Assembly (NCBI GenBank): GCA_002269645.1
Contig: NIVC01003666.1
Location: 20,071 to 84,070, forward strand
Source: Macrostomum lignano
Taxonomy: Eukaryota
Length of the DNA stretch: 64,000 nucleotides
Reading direction: 5' to 3'
In this document: positions 40,608 through 53,075 of the stretch, piece by piece
How the letters are laid out: each line of letters begins with the position of its first letter
How positions within the stretch are numbered: the stretch's first letter is position 1
The notes under the pieces: model-generated
Seen by the model: the letters and a program-made list of their open reading frames with translations, nothing else
Told to the model about the DNA's origin: nothing
The model's database searches: none
Translations under genes and position numbers: made by a program

Positions 40608-41162
40608 GGGATCAGCCCGGCTCTCTCTTCAGCTTAGAACTCATAATCCATCCATCCCTCCATCCCCTCAAGCCGGCCGGGGTTGGGATGGGGGTTGTGG
40701 GAGGGCGGGCGAGACCAGAGAGGGCTAAAGAAGGAATGCCCGCTGCCGAAGGAGTGGAATCGGGTGATGTTTGTTGACTTTTTTCTTTCGGCTGGACGTC
40801 TCAACTGGAGAGATGAACCCGGACTAGGCTTGAGCTTGGGTTTAAGATTGGGGGTTGGTGCGCAAGTCACGGATCCGGGAGACAGACATTGGGACGCGCT
40901 AAGCAAACACAAAGCTTAATAATCTCGAATGCAGGTTCACTCCAAAAAGGACAGCCTCAGTTTACTGTATCTACCGAAATTTTACCTGACGCAAATGGGA
41001 AAGGTGCTTCCATTAATCAAATTCAATTCGCTTGGATTCAATGGGATTTCAATAAGTAAAAAATCACAATGCAAAATATGAAATGTTTTTTTACTGGTAT
41101 AAAGAGATATTGTTGCTCACCAATGGAACGGTTGAGTTCTTTTAATCTCTTCTTTACGGGTG

Positions 41163-41408
41163 GCACTCTTAATCTCTCATTGTGCGTCACTCTTAATCTG
41201 TCATTGTGCGTCACTCTTAATCTGTCATTGTGCGTCACTCTTAATCTGTCATTGTGCGTCACTCTTAATCTGTCATTGTGCGTCACTCTTAATCTCTCAT
41301 TGTGCGTCACTCTTAATCTGTCATTGTGCGTCACTCTTAATCTGTCATTGTGCGTCACTCTTAATCTGTCATTGTGCGTCACTCTTAATCTGTCATTGTG
41401 CGTCACTG
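41163..41408. repeat. 24-bp minisatellite, about 10 copies
   Basis: CACTCTTAATCT(G/C)TCATTGTGCGT. Confidence 0.95.
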
Positions 41409-41719
41409 TTAGTTGCATGACTTCTATTTTTTTAAATTGATCATTGAGCAGTCTATTTATTTTTGATGAAGCACGGATTCTGTAACCCCGATAATCCAAG
41501 CTCTCTAGTTAATTAGGAAAATGTCAATGCAATTTCTGAAGATTTGTTACACAGCAAAGTTTAGAAACAGGGGATTCGTCACGCGGAGACTGATTACGTT
41601 TATTTTTTGTCGGTTTTTTACGTCAGTAACAACACAGATAAAAATAGATATTTGTGGGTCAGTATGGTAACGTCAACTAAGTACACCTGTAAAGGGAATC
41701 CTGCGAGTACCTTGTACAT

Positions 41720-41980
41720 CAGGGGTTGGCAAACGTTTCTACTTTAAGGGCCAAATAAAAAACCTAGCACGTGACTGCAGGTCGGAGGGAAGAAAGAGAA
41801 GAGAAGAAAGAGAAAAGAGAGGCGAGGGAATAAAGTAGAAAAGAGAAGAGAGAGAGAAGAAGTATGAGATTCGAGAGAAGATAAGAGAGAGGAGAGAAGA
41901 GGCGAACCTTGATGGGGCCGGATTGCTATTGTGAAGTTTTAGAGTGGCTTCGTGGGTCGCATGTCGTTTGCCGACGCCTG
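41720..41980. mobile_element. hAT-Charlie-like MITE, 261 bp
   Basis: TIRs CAGGGGTTGGCAAAC / GTTTGCCGACGCCTG (13 of 15 match). 8-bp TSD TTGTACAT at 41712..41719 and 41981..41988. Confidence 0.88.
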
Positions 41981-42466
41981 TTGTACATGGATCATATTAA
42001 GGAATGAAAGAGACAGGGGAGAAGGGAGACGACACAAGAGAAGGTAATTGAGAGACTCGCCAGCCCTACGATTCTAATAAAAGGGGATTAACAATTCCCC
42101 TGTAGTTTATGCATTCCACGAGGGCTATAGATAGCGGTTTGCCAAAAAGCCACAGTTTTGCAAGAGAAGAAAATCGCGCTATTCTCGGAGGACAGATTCT
42201 AGGAGCAGAAATCGGAATTGTACCAGTACAATACGAAGCAAAAAATATGAAAATAATAATTGTGTTTGACAGTGCTAAGGGGGATACGAAAGCAACAAAG
42301 CAAATGCCGCGGAAGAAAAACGGCAATGTTTTAACGTTTGAACACTGACTCAACGGCACTGACTCAATCAAGCGAGGGACGCACAAAGGTGGGCTTGGTT
42401 TAAGACGGGCACTCAGTTAATTCACAGACGCAAAACTCTGCTCTGACCGCTCCGGACTTCCCGCGG

Positions 42467-42502
<36 letters not shown>

Positions 42503-42764
42503 TCCAGAGAAAAAAGTATTACTTACCATTGATTTATTAGGATTTTTCCCCTAAGTAAAGCTTCGAGAACTTGGACAGTGTGAGGCTCTGTCAGCCTTGG
42601 ATACTCGCCGGCAAGAATCAATAGAAGTACAGTTTAACTGATAGTGCTTTTTGTGTGTCCCTGGTGCGACTCAGCAGACAGTAAAGTGCATCAAGTTTTC
42701 GTTTGTTTGAGGTGGATGCATCTGATAATTCTTTTGTTTGTCACGATATTAAAATGACGCTCAG

Positions 42765-43008
42765 GTGAGACTCAGGTGACATTCGACTGGCACTCAGGTT
42801 ACACTCGGGTGACAATCGGGTGACACTCAGGTTACAGTCAGGTGACACTCAGGTTACAGTCAGATGACACTCAGGTTACAGTCAGGTGACACTCAGGTTA
42901 CAGTCGGGTGACACTCAGGTTACAGTCAGGTGACACTCAGGTTACAGTCAGGTGACACTCAGGTTACAGTCAGGTGACACTCAGGTTACAGTCAGGTGAC
43001 ACTCAGGT
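42765..43008. repeat. 22-bp minisatellite overlapping the GPCR stop codon
   Basis: CACTCAGGTTACAGTCAGGTGA. Confidence 0.92.
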
Positions 43009-44481
43009 AGACCGGCGATTCTGACAGCCCACAGCCAGGGCTTTCCGGCTCGAGTCGCCGGTGTCGGATGATGCGAAATCGTGCTGCGGCTTCGGCTTCT
43101 GCTTTGGCCCGGGGTTCCGGTTGTACAGCAGGTCCATCTCCACCGGGTCGCCGTCCCAGTGCCTGCTGCCGCCGCTGGCCCGACCGCCAATTCCGGCATC
43201 TTCGTCTCCGCCCATGCCGGCGATGGCCGCCCCGCCGCCTCCGTCACCGCCGACGCCTCCGCCTCCGCCGCCGACTCTGCCTCCGCCAGCGCCGCCTCCG
43301 CCTCCGCCGCCGATGGCGCCGCCGCCGCGCCGTCGGGCCTGGCAGGCGCAGATGATGAGGGCCAGGGAGCGCCTGAACTTGCCATTGAGCCAGGCGTAGA
43401 TGATCGGATTGTACCAGATGTTGCTCATGGCCACCCAGTAGCAGATCGCGTGAGCCAGGATTTCCGTGTGACCCTGGCTGACGGGCCGCCAGTTGCTAGA
43501 AATGACATACAGGTGGATCGGCGACCAGGAGATGAAGAATAGCAGCATGACAACCACCAGCATCACGATGGTCTTCTTGCGTGTCACGATGCGCATGCCG
43601 TGTGCGGCGCCGTTATTAGCCACCGCCTCGCCGCTCTGGTTGCCCGCGCCGCCCAGGACGGACTTGGCAATCCACAGGGTGTGGATGATGCGGGCGTAGA
43701 TGAGCACAATGAAAGCCAGGGGCAGCACGTACTGAGTGAGGAAGCTGATGCAGCTCAGGCTCAGCCGGATGATGGACTTGTCGAGCGGCATGAAGGCGCA
43801 GACTGTGGTGTCCTGCGTCTTGTAGACTCGCTGCACTTGATTAGTTGAGCTGTGCGGGAACAGCACCCGGCAGTTGAGCAGGCCCAGCAGCACGGAGGCC
43901 ACCCAGCAAGCTGCAATCATCAGCTTGACTGCTCGCTTGGTGAATCGCGGTTTCAACGGCGACACGATGACGCGGTAGCGATCAACGGCAATGCACACCA
44001 GGGTGAAGCTGCTGACGCTGATGCACAGGCTGTTGGCAAAATAGGCCATTGTGCAGATGGCGTTGCCCAGGTTCCAGTTGTCAAAGAAGACAAACAGCTT
44101 CAACAAGTTGATGGGGATGGCCACGCAGGCCAGGATGATCTGCGCCACCGACAGGTTCAGCAGGAAAATGTTTGTCACGGTGCGCAGGCTGCGGCGCCGG
44201 TAGAGCACGCAGCAGACCAGAGAATTGCCAATAAGCGACGCGATCGCCATGACAACTATCACCACGGCGATGATATCCAGCAACGCGCCTAGTTGCTCTT
44301 TTAATAGGCGTAGAAAATGCTTGCTCTCCTGGTCGAGAACTTTGTCGTACATCTTTGTGGAATTCCCGTACGAAGACTTGTTAATGTGAGTCTTCAGCTT
44401 GTCAAGGTTGTGATGCAACTGGTCCACCTGCATATCCCTTGTCGGGGAACGCGAGACTAAACTGGCCACGAGGTCCAACAT
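43003..44481 (-). CDS. Intronless class A neuropeptide GPCR (RYamide/luqin/NPF/tachykinin receptor-like), 492 aa
   Basis: Seven hydrophobic helices, GNSLV, TNIFLLNLS, IAVDRY, QYVLPL, FFISWSP, WVAMSNIWYNPIIY..NGKFR. First ATG is at 44481; the ORF-track start at 44586 is TTG. Gly-rich C-tail. Confidence 0.93.
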   Translation of the reverse strand: MLDLVASLVSRSPTRDMQVDQLHHNLDKLKTHINKSSYGNSTKMYDKVLDQESKHFLRLLKEQLGALLDIIAVVIVVMAIASLIGNSLVCCVLYRRRSLRTVTNIFLLNLSVAQIILACVAIPINLLKLFVFFDNWNLGNAICTMAYFANSLCISVSSFTLVCIAVDRYRVIVSPLKPRFTKRAVKLMIAACWVASVLLGLLNCRVLFPHSSTNQVQRVYKTQDTTVCAFMPLDKSIIRLSLSCISFLTQYVLPLAFIVLIYARIIHTLWIAKSVLGGAGNQSGEAVANNGAAHGMRIVTRKKTIVMLVVVMLLFFISWSPIHLYVISSNWRPVSQGHTEILAHAICYWVAMSNIWYNPIIYAWLNGKFRRSLALIICACQARRRGGGAIGGGGGGGAGGGRVGGGGGGVGGDGGGGAAIAGMGGDEDAGIGGRASGGSRHWDGDPVEMDLLYNRNPGPKQKPKPQHDFASSDTGDSSRKALAVGCQNRRST

Positions 44482-45074
44482 TGCCGAGCGGAGATGAATG
44501 GGAGACAGGCTTGGTCTGATCCTTGGTCTGATCCTTGGTCTGATCCTTGGTCTGATCTGGGCTCCTCTGGGTCCACTTGGTTTCAATGCTTCGCGTCACG
44601 CCTGTCCTGTTCAAAAATATGCAGGCAATTCCCCCGTTGATTGGATGGCTCGACAAGCGTTCCTCCACAGCTATGGAGGAACCACACGTTCCTCCACTCC
44701 TATCCGTTCCCATTGGCCGCTGGGAGGAACTGCAGCGTGCAGGCCAAGAGGCACGGGGGTCTTCAGGGATCCGCTGACAGCTGATACACTTGTCAGAGCC
44801 CTCCATTCTAGAGTCTTTCGCTAACCTTTCTACCTCTTGCAGACACTTCAACATTTAGTTCCTGGCTGGATTAAATAAGCCTGACCGCTAGCTGGATTCT
44901 TTCGCACCGCTCGCGTCTCTCTCAACAGGGCAGGGAAGACAAAAAAGTGAAGGTGGAGGCTCAATGGCTTGGGATCGGGGGAGGCCCTTGGGACTGGAAG
45001 GAGAGTCGCTCAAGTGTTTACCGAGAAGGAGCTTGTGCAAATGTGAGAATTTTGAACTTTGCTTATGTTATGCT

Positions 45075-46700
45075 GAGCCTGTGAATATGGTGAATTGTGT
45101 GATTCGTGAACAGTGTATTGGCTGAGCCTGTGAATATGCTGAATTGTGGGATTGGTGAACTGTTTAATTGCTGAACCTGTGAATATGGTAAATTGTGTGA
45201 TTTGTGAACAGTGTATTGCTGAACCTGTGAATATGGGGAATTGTGTGATTCGTGAACAGTGTATTGGCTGAACCTGTGAATATGGGGAATTGTGTGATTG
45301 GTGAACAGTGTATTGGCTGAACCTGTGAATATGGTGAATTGTGTGATTCGTGAACAGTGTATTGGCTGAGCCTGAGAATATGGTGAATTGTGTGATTCGT
45401 GAACAGTGTATTAGCTGAGCCTGTGAATATGCTGAATTGTGTGATTGGTGAACTGTTTAATTGCTGAACCTGTGAATATGGTAAATTGTGTGATTTGTGA
45501 ACAGTGTATTGCTGAACCTGTGAATATGGGGAATTGTGTGATTTGTGAACAGTGTATTGCTGAACCTGTGAATATGGTGAATTGTGTGATTCGTGAACAG
45601 TGTATTGGCTGAGCCTGTGAATATGGTGAATTGTGTGATTCGTGAACAGTGTATTGGCTGAGCCTGTGAATATGGGGAATTGTGTGATTCGTGAACAGTG
45701 TATTGCTGAACCTGTGAATATGGTAAATTGTGTGATTGGTGAACAGTTTAATTGCTGAACCTGTGAATATGGTGAATTGTGTGATTGGTGAACAGTTTAA
45801 TTGCTGAACCTGTGAATATGGGGAATTGTGTGATTGGTGAACAGATTAATTGCTGAACCTGTGAATATGCTGAATTTTGTGATTGGTGAACAGTTTAATT
45901 GCTGAACCTGTGAATATGGTGAATTGTGTGATTGGTGAACAGTTTAATTGCTGAACCTGTGAATATGCTGAATTGTGTGATTGGTGAACAGTTTAATTGC
46001 TGAACCTGTGAATATGCTGAATTGTGTGATTGGTGAACAGTTTAATTGCTGAACCTGTGAATATGGTGAATTGTGTGATTGGTGAACAGTTTAATTGCTG
46101 AACCTGTGAAAATGGTGAATTGTGTGATTGGTGAACAGTTTAATTGCTGAACCTGTGAATATGGGGAATTGTGTGATTGGTGAACAGTTTAATTGCTGAA
46201 CCTGTGAATATGGGGAATTGTGTGATTGGTGAACAGTTTAATTGCTGAACCTGTGAATATGCTGAATTGTGTGATTGGTGAACAGTTTAATTGCTGAACC
46301 TGTGAATATGCTGAATTGTGTGATTGTTGAACAGTGTATTGGCTGAGCCTGTGAATATGGGGAATTGTGTGATTGGTGAACAGTTTAATTGCTGAACCTG
46401 TGAATATGCTGAATTGTGTAATCAGTCTGTATGTGTAATTGGTGAACTTGTGAATATGGTGAATTGTATAAAATGGTGAACGTGTGAATATGGTGAATTG
46501 TATAAAATGGTGAACTTGTGAATATGGTGAATTGTATAAAATGGTGAACTTGTGAATATGGTGAATTGTATAAAATGGTGAACTTGTGAATATGGTGAAT
46601 TGTATAAAATGGTGAACTTGTGAATATCGTGAATGTATAAAATGGTGAACTTGTGAATATCGTGAATTTATAAAATGGTGAACTTGTGAATATGGTGAAC
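45075..46700. repeat. 49-bp minisatellite grading into a related 34-bp unit at about 46440
   Basis: GAACCTGTGAATATGGTGAATTGTGTGATTGGTGAACAGTTTAATTGCT, then TGGTGAACTTGTGAATATGGTGAATTGTATAAAA. Confidence 0.94.
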
Positions 46701-47827
46701 TTATGGTAAACTCGTGAAACAGTATAATAAGGATGTTGGATTTTTTTACTTTGATGATCTGAAATATGGGGGTTTCAAATAGTCTAACGCATCCAGACGC
46801 CAAAAAAATAAAGAAATTAAAAAGTTTTGATTTCAAGCCTCATATTTCCCCCTCACTTCCCCTCAACGGCCCCCTCACTTCCGGTTTCCTGGGAATCAAA
46901 TGGTCTCCCTAATCCCAGTTATTGCTGGGTGAAGACTCGAACCAGTTCAAAAAACGATCTTCAGACGGGCTGGGGAAACTTTAATCTGGTGTATTTTTAA
47001 TTCAGCGTTGGTGTACTCAGCCTCTGAAAGGCGTAAAAGTGCATCTCGGGTGGCGCAAAAGGAAATACAGACATGAATCGATGCATTCAATGCGAAATCT
47101 TCTGCTGGGAGCACTGCTTCTCTGTCCCTCTCTGTTTTAAGACAGCAGGGATGCCCATGTGCTTGGGGAAAATTCCGGTGGGAAAAAATGACCCAATGCC
47201 CAGCCCTCCAAGTCAGAGGCCTGGTGGAGGATTTTGGAACAACTTTCCTTTGCCTATGGGCTACAAACTTTGGGATCTTTGCTCCCACAGCAGAGAGACA
47301 GAGATTTGTGTTGCCAAATATTTCACACGCTGTTACTGCATGATTCTGTGGAGAGATATCTCATCGAAATGGAAAGTTTTGCACACGAGCTAGAATCCCA
47401 TTTTCTCCCATTGTCCCTTCTTGGGCTGCTTTGGAGAATGTCACTCTAGGGAGCTGTTCCACAGTGGCGAATGCTGGTCAGCCTGTGTGGCGCATCTGAT
47501 ACCGAAGCCAAATTATTAATTTGCAACTGCACATCAAGCCATAAGGCACTGATGGCGCTTCCCCTTTTAACGGGATCCGGCTATCCTCATGCCCTCCCCC
47601 CCCCCCTGCAGGTTTATAGAGCGACCCAGCCAATGTGATTTTCAAGGTCAGCTAATTAGAAGTCCTTGTAGATTCGTTCCAATCCAAGCTCTGAATCACT
47701 ATTGCACTCAATAATAGTGGTACCCAAGTTTTGGTAGAAACAGCTTGATGAGAATCGGTTGAGCCATAAATTTTCTAAATGAAACACATACCCTCATTTT
47801 TAGTATACTGGATTTCACTAACAGATT

Positions 47828-50442
47828 GACTCAAAATGGCACCTCTGACAGACACTGACACTCAAAGTAAGTGGCGTCCCTGACTGACACTGACACTCAA
47901 AGTAAGTGGCGTCCCTGACTGACACTGACACTCAAAGTAAGTGGCGCTCCTGACTGACACTGACACTCAAAGTAAGTGGCTCTCCTGACTGACACTGACA
48001 CTCAAAGTAAGTGGCTCTCCTGACTGGCACTGACACTCAAAGTAAGTGGCTCTCCTGACTGGCACTGACACTCAAAGTAAGTGGCGCCCTGACTGACACT
48101 GACACTCAAAGTAAGTGGCTCTCCTGACTGGCACTGACACTCAAAGTAAGTGGCTCTCCTGACTGGCACTGACACTCAAAGTAAGTGGCTCTCCTGACTG
48201 ACACTGACACTCAAAGTAAGTGGCTCTCCTGACTGGCACTGACACTCAAAGTAAGTGGCTCTCCTGACTGACACTGACACTCAAAGTAAGTGGCTCTCCT
48301 GACTGGCACTGACACTCAAAGTAAGTGGCGCCCCTGACTGACACTGGCACTCAAAGTAAGTGGCGCCCTGACTGACACTGACACTCAAAGTAAGTGGCGT
48401 CCCTGACTGACACTGACACTCAAAGTAAGTGGCGCTCCTGACTGACACTAACACTCAAAGTAAGTGGCGTCCCTGACTGACACTGACACTCAAAGTGGCT
48501 CTCCTGACTGACACTGACACTCAAAGTAAGTGGCGCCCCTGACTGACACTGACACTCAAAGTAAGTGGCGCTCCTGACTGACACTGACACTCAAAGTAAG
48601 TGGCGCTCCTGACTGACACTGGCACTCAAAATGGCACCCTGACTGACACTGGCACTCAAAGTAAGTGGCGCCCCTGACTGACACTGACTTTTAAAGTAAG
48701 TGGCACCTCTGACAGACACTGGCACTCAAAGTAAGTGGCGCCCCTGACTGACACTGACACTCAAAGTAAGTGGCACCTCTGACAGACACTGGCACTCAAA
48801 GTAAGTGGCGCCCCTGACTGACACTGACACTCAAAATGGCACCCTGACTGACACTGGCACTCAAAATGGCACCCCTGACTGACACTGACACTCAAAGTAA
48901 GTGGCGCCCCTGACTGACACTGACACTCAAAGTAAGTGGCGCCCCTGACTGACACTGACACTCAAAGTAAGTGGCACCTCTGACAGACACTGGCACTCAA
49001 AGTAAGTGGCGCCCCTGACTGACACTGACACTCAAAGTAAGTGGCGCCCCTGACTGACACTGACACTCAAAGTAAGTGGCACCCCTGACTGACACTGACA
49101 CTCAAAGTAAGTGGCGCCCCTGACTGACACTGACACTCAAAGTAAGTGGCACCTCTGACAGACACTGGCACTCAAAGTAAGTGGCGCCCCTGACTGACAC
49201 TGACACTCAAAGTAAGTGGCACCTCTGACAGACACTGGCACTCAAAGTAAGTGGCGCCCCTGACTGACACTGACACTCAAAATGGCACCCTGACTGACAC
49301 TGGCACTCAAAATGGCACCCCTGACTGACACTGACACTCAAAGTAAGTGGCGCCCCTGACTGACACTGACACTCAAAGTAAGTGGCGTCCCTGACTGACA
49401 CTGACACTCAAAGTGGCTCTCCTGACTGACACTGACACTCAAAGTAAGTGGCGCCCCTGACTGACACTGACACTCAAAGTAAGTGGCTCTCCTGACTGAC
49501 ACTGACACTCAAAGTAAGTGGCGCCCCTGACTGACACTGGCACTCAAAGTAAGTGGCGCCCCTGACTGACACTGACACTCAAAGTAAGTGGCGCTCCTGA
49601 CTGACACTGACACTCAAAGTAAGTGGCGCTCCTGACTGACACTGGCACTCAAAATGGCACCCTGACTGACACTGGCACTCAAAATGGCACCCCTGACTGA
49701 CACTGACACTCAAAGTAAGTGGCACCCCTGACTGACACTGACACTCAAAGTAAGTGGCGCCCCTGACTGACACTGACACTCAAAGTAAGTGGCACCTCTG
49801 ACAGACACTGGCACTCAAAGTAAGTGGCGCCCCTGACTGACACTGACACTCAAAGTAAGTGGCACCTCTGACAGACACTGGCACTCAAAGTAAGTGGCGC
49901 CCCTGACTGACACTGACACTCAAAATGGCACCCTGACTGACACTGGCACTCAAAATGGCACCCCTGACTGACACTGACACTCAAAGTAAGTGGCGCCCCT
50001 GACTGACACTGACACTCAAAGTAAGTGGCGCCCCTGACTGACACTGACACTCAAAGTAAGTGGCACCCCTGACTGACACTGGCACTCAAAATGGCGCCCC
50101 TGACTGACACTGACACTCAAAGTAAGTGGCGCTCCTGACTGACACTAACACTCAAAGTAAGTGGCGCTCCTGACTGACACTAACACTCAAAGTAAGTGGC
50201 GCTCCTGACTGACACTGACACTCAAAGTAAGTGGCGCTCCTGACTGACACTGACACTCAAAGTAAGTGGCGCTCCTGACTGACACTGGCACTCAAAGTGG
50301 CTCTCCTGACTGACACTGGCACACAAAGGGGCCTTCCTGACTGACACTGACACTCAAAGTGGCTCTCCTGACTGACACTGACACTCAAAGTGGCGCTCCT
50401 GACTGACACTGACACTCAAAGTGGCGCTCCTGACTGACTGAC
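47828..50442. repeat. 35-bp minisatellite with higher-order blocks
   Basis: GACTGACACTGACACTCAAAGTAAGTGGCGCCCCT. Paired AAAATGGCACC variant units recur near 48835, 49281, 49652 and 49924. Confidence 0.95.
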
Positions 50443-50724
50443 GCTGCTGTTCTTAGTAACTGACACAAGTTCGTAACTAAGAAATTTTGCTGAATACTGA
50501 TAAAGAACTACTGGTACTTTTGATAATTCGTTCGTTTTTTGATATTTGGACAATCATCACGCACGAATTCACAACCTGGCCTGGTGACTGGCGAAGGTGC
50601 CTCGATAGAATCGCCCCCGAGGGTTTTGAGTCAGTGAGAAATTCCCAATAGAAGGGAATTCATTCCAAGAAAATATCAGCGCTCATTATTTATTTCACTT
50701 GCAACTCCTACTTGTACAGCTGAC

Positions 50725-51690
50725 TGTGAAGAAGCCGGGCACTACACGGAAGGAGGAGCATCGTGGAATCTCGCTCATGTCCTGTACCGCAAAGCTGTTC
50801 AACCGGGTGCTATTAGCACGGTTACAGCCCGTGCTGGACTCGTTCCTGCGGTACGAGCAGAACGGGTTCCGCCCCCGTCGCGGTACGGTGACGCAGATCC
50901 TGGCCCTCCGCCGCATCATCGAGGAGGCGCGCATCCACCAGTCAAGCCAAGTCTCGTCATCAACGCCAGGAAGACCGAGGTGCTGACGGTGCCGCATGAT
51001 CTACCCGCCGAGATTCGACTTCGAGACGGTGACGGCCCCGGGACGGCGCTCCCGAAGTGCCTTCAGTTCGTCTACCTCGGCGGACTGGTACCTGACGTCA
51101 GCGACGACCTAGCGAGACGGCGCGGCAAGGCCTGGGCTGCCTTCCGATCTGTGCGGGCGGTGCTGCTCTCCGAGGCCCTGTCCGACGGCGCCAGGTCCCA
51201 GCTGTTCCAGGCGGTTGTTGAGACCGCCCTGCTGTACAATGCTGAGACCTGGACGCTGACCGGGGCGCTTGAGGCGCAGCTTGACGCGGCGCATGCGGCC
51301 CTAGTCCGCGCCGCTTTTGGCGCCCGCCGCGGCCCTGGCAGCGAGACAACCGAGTCCCTGTACAAGCGCACAGGCCTGACGCGGCCTTCTGCCCTGCTGA
51401 GTCAGCGGCGACTGCGGCTGGCCAGACATGTCATCCGGGCCGAAGTCTACTGCCCAGAGCCGCTGCAGGACGTCCTGCTGTGGACCCCGCAGGGACCGCG
51501 CAGGCGTGGCCAGGGACGATCAGCCCGCTACGTCGACCGTCTTTTTGAAGATGCGCGAGCACCCAGCCAGGCGGCCGGTGTGAAGCACGTTAGAGACCTG
51601 GCTCTGAAACGCGCGATTTGACGCTCCCTCTCTTGGCCACTCCCGTGGCTGGCGTGGGGCGTAACTATTATTATTATTATTATTATTATT
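50725..51690 (+). mobile_element. 5'-truncated, internally deleted RTE-clade non-LTR retrotransposon
   Basis: RT N-terminal motifs RGISLMSCTAKLFNRVL..EQNGFR, then LVINARKTEVL, FVYLG, LLYNAETWTL and RRLRL. (TAT)n tail at 51666..51690. TSD (T)ACAGCTGAC at 50715..50724 and 51690..51699. Confidence 0.9.
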
Positions 51691-51767
51691 ACAGCTGACA
51701 GACTCGCTCGAACATCAAGTTAATGCGGCACACGAGCGCTATTGACGCTGAGCGAGTCACCAACACC

Positions 51768-51978
51768 CAGTCTCTGCCATAGACATTCCAGAGCAACCAG
51801 TCTCTGCCATAGACATTCCAGAGCACCCAGTCTCTCCCATAGACATTCAAGAGCACCTAGTCTCTACCATAGACATTCCGCTTAACTAAAACATCCAGTC
51901 TCTACCATAGACATTCCAGAGCACCTAGTCTCTTTACTCTAAACTAGACAACCCCGTCTCTGCCATAGAAATTCCGCT
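51768..51978. repeat. Degenerate ~29-bp minisatellite
   Basis: CCAGTCTCTGCCATAGACATTCCAGAGCA. Confidence 0.8.
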
Positions 51979-52925
51979 CAACCTTTGCTCGATTACGACA
52001 ATTTTTTTAAATAAAATCACTAATTCAATATTGGAATTTGAATTATCTAGGACTGATTCCGTTTTTTGGGAATCTTGTGAATGTCACAAGTCTCTGTAGA
52101 GTTCAAAACCTACTGCAAAAAAGTAATTAAGTCAAAGTTGCCTACAAAAGCGATCTCAAGCATATTAACTTTTTATCAAAAAGAAGTTGGACTTTAGAAC
52201 TCCCCGTAAAATGCCCTCTTCAAAGTCCCTCAAAAGATTTAGCTTAATTATTTTTTCCGATTTCAGAAAATTTTCGATTTCGAAGCCGACCAGACCAGAC
52301 CCACTTTTCTATGTTAAATCCGTGGTCGATTTGATTAAATCAACAAATAATTTCATAATTTTTTGATGATTTCGCTAAGTCTGAAACAGTGATTGCTTTT
52401 CTGTCAAAAGCAAGCAAATTGATAAATAATTTCCAGTTTCTGAAAAATCCGTGGGAGGAGGTCACTTCCGCCCTGTTTAGAAAAGTTATAAGGGTGTTAA
52501 TCCATGTGGGCGCTAATCTACGGGGGCGTTAATGGAAAACAGTTCCACGAGTTTTAAACAAGACTGCTGTTGCAGATAAGGGCGTAAAAAACAATTTCAA
52601 ACTACGAGCATGCCAAAAATGTATAACGTAAGATAAAATAGCGATAATATATTTACATTTTCAGTCAATTAAATTTTTTTGAAAATACCAAAATTTAGTT
52701 GGTAATTTAAAAAAATGTCTTTGTTGCTACTTATAAGTAGCTTAGTTAGAGCATGAGTTCTTTAAACTTCTCGTGCGTGGTTATTATATAAACTTTTATT
52801 TATGCCAAATTAAATATATTTAGTATAGAAACCAAGCAAATTTTTGTGAATGAATTTTACTTTAAAATTACATGACTAATAATAAACTTGGATTAAATTT
52901 AAGAAAAAAGCTCTCAAGTTCAATT

Positions 52926-53068
52926 GTAACTAACTTGTAACTAACTCGTAACTAACTCGTAACTAACTCGTAACTAACTCGTAACTAACTCGTAACTAAC
53001 ACGTAACTAACTCGTAATTAACACGTAACTAACTCGTAACTAACTCGGAACCAACTCGTAACTAACTC
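52926..53068. repeat. 11-bp repeat immediately 3' of the vWA-gene stop
   Basis: (GTAACTAACTC)n. Confidence 0.9.
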
Positions 53069-53075
53069 GATAAAG

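Noticed and set aside
44482-44586. IRPR-repeat N-terminal extension of the GPCR
   Set aside because: The track start is TTG and the segment is a 12-bp repeat; it is more likely 5' UTR.
46780-47460. Possible DNA-transposon remnant; also the AT-rich 52030..52700
   Set aside because: I could not find paired TIRs, a TSD or transposase motifs.
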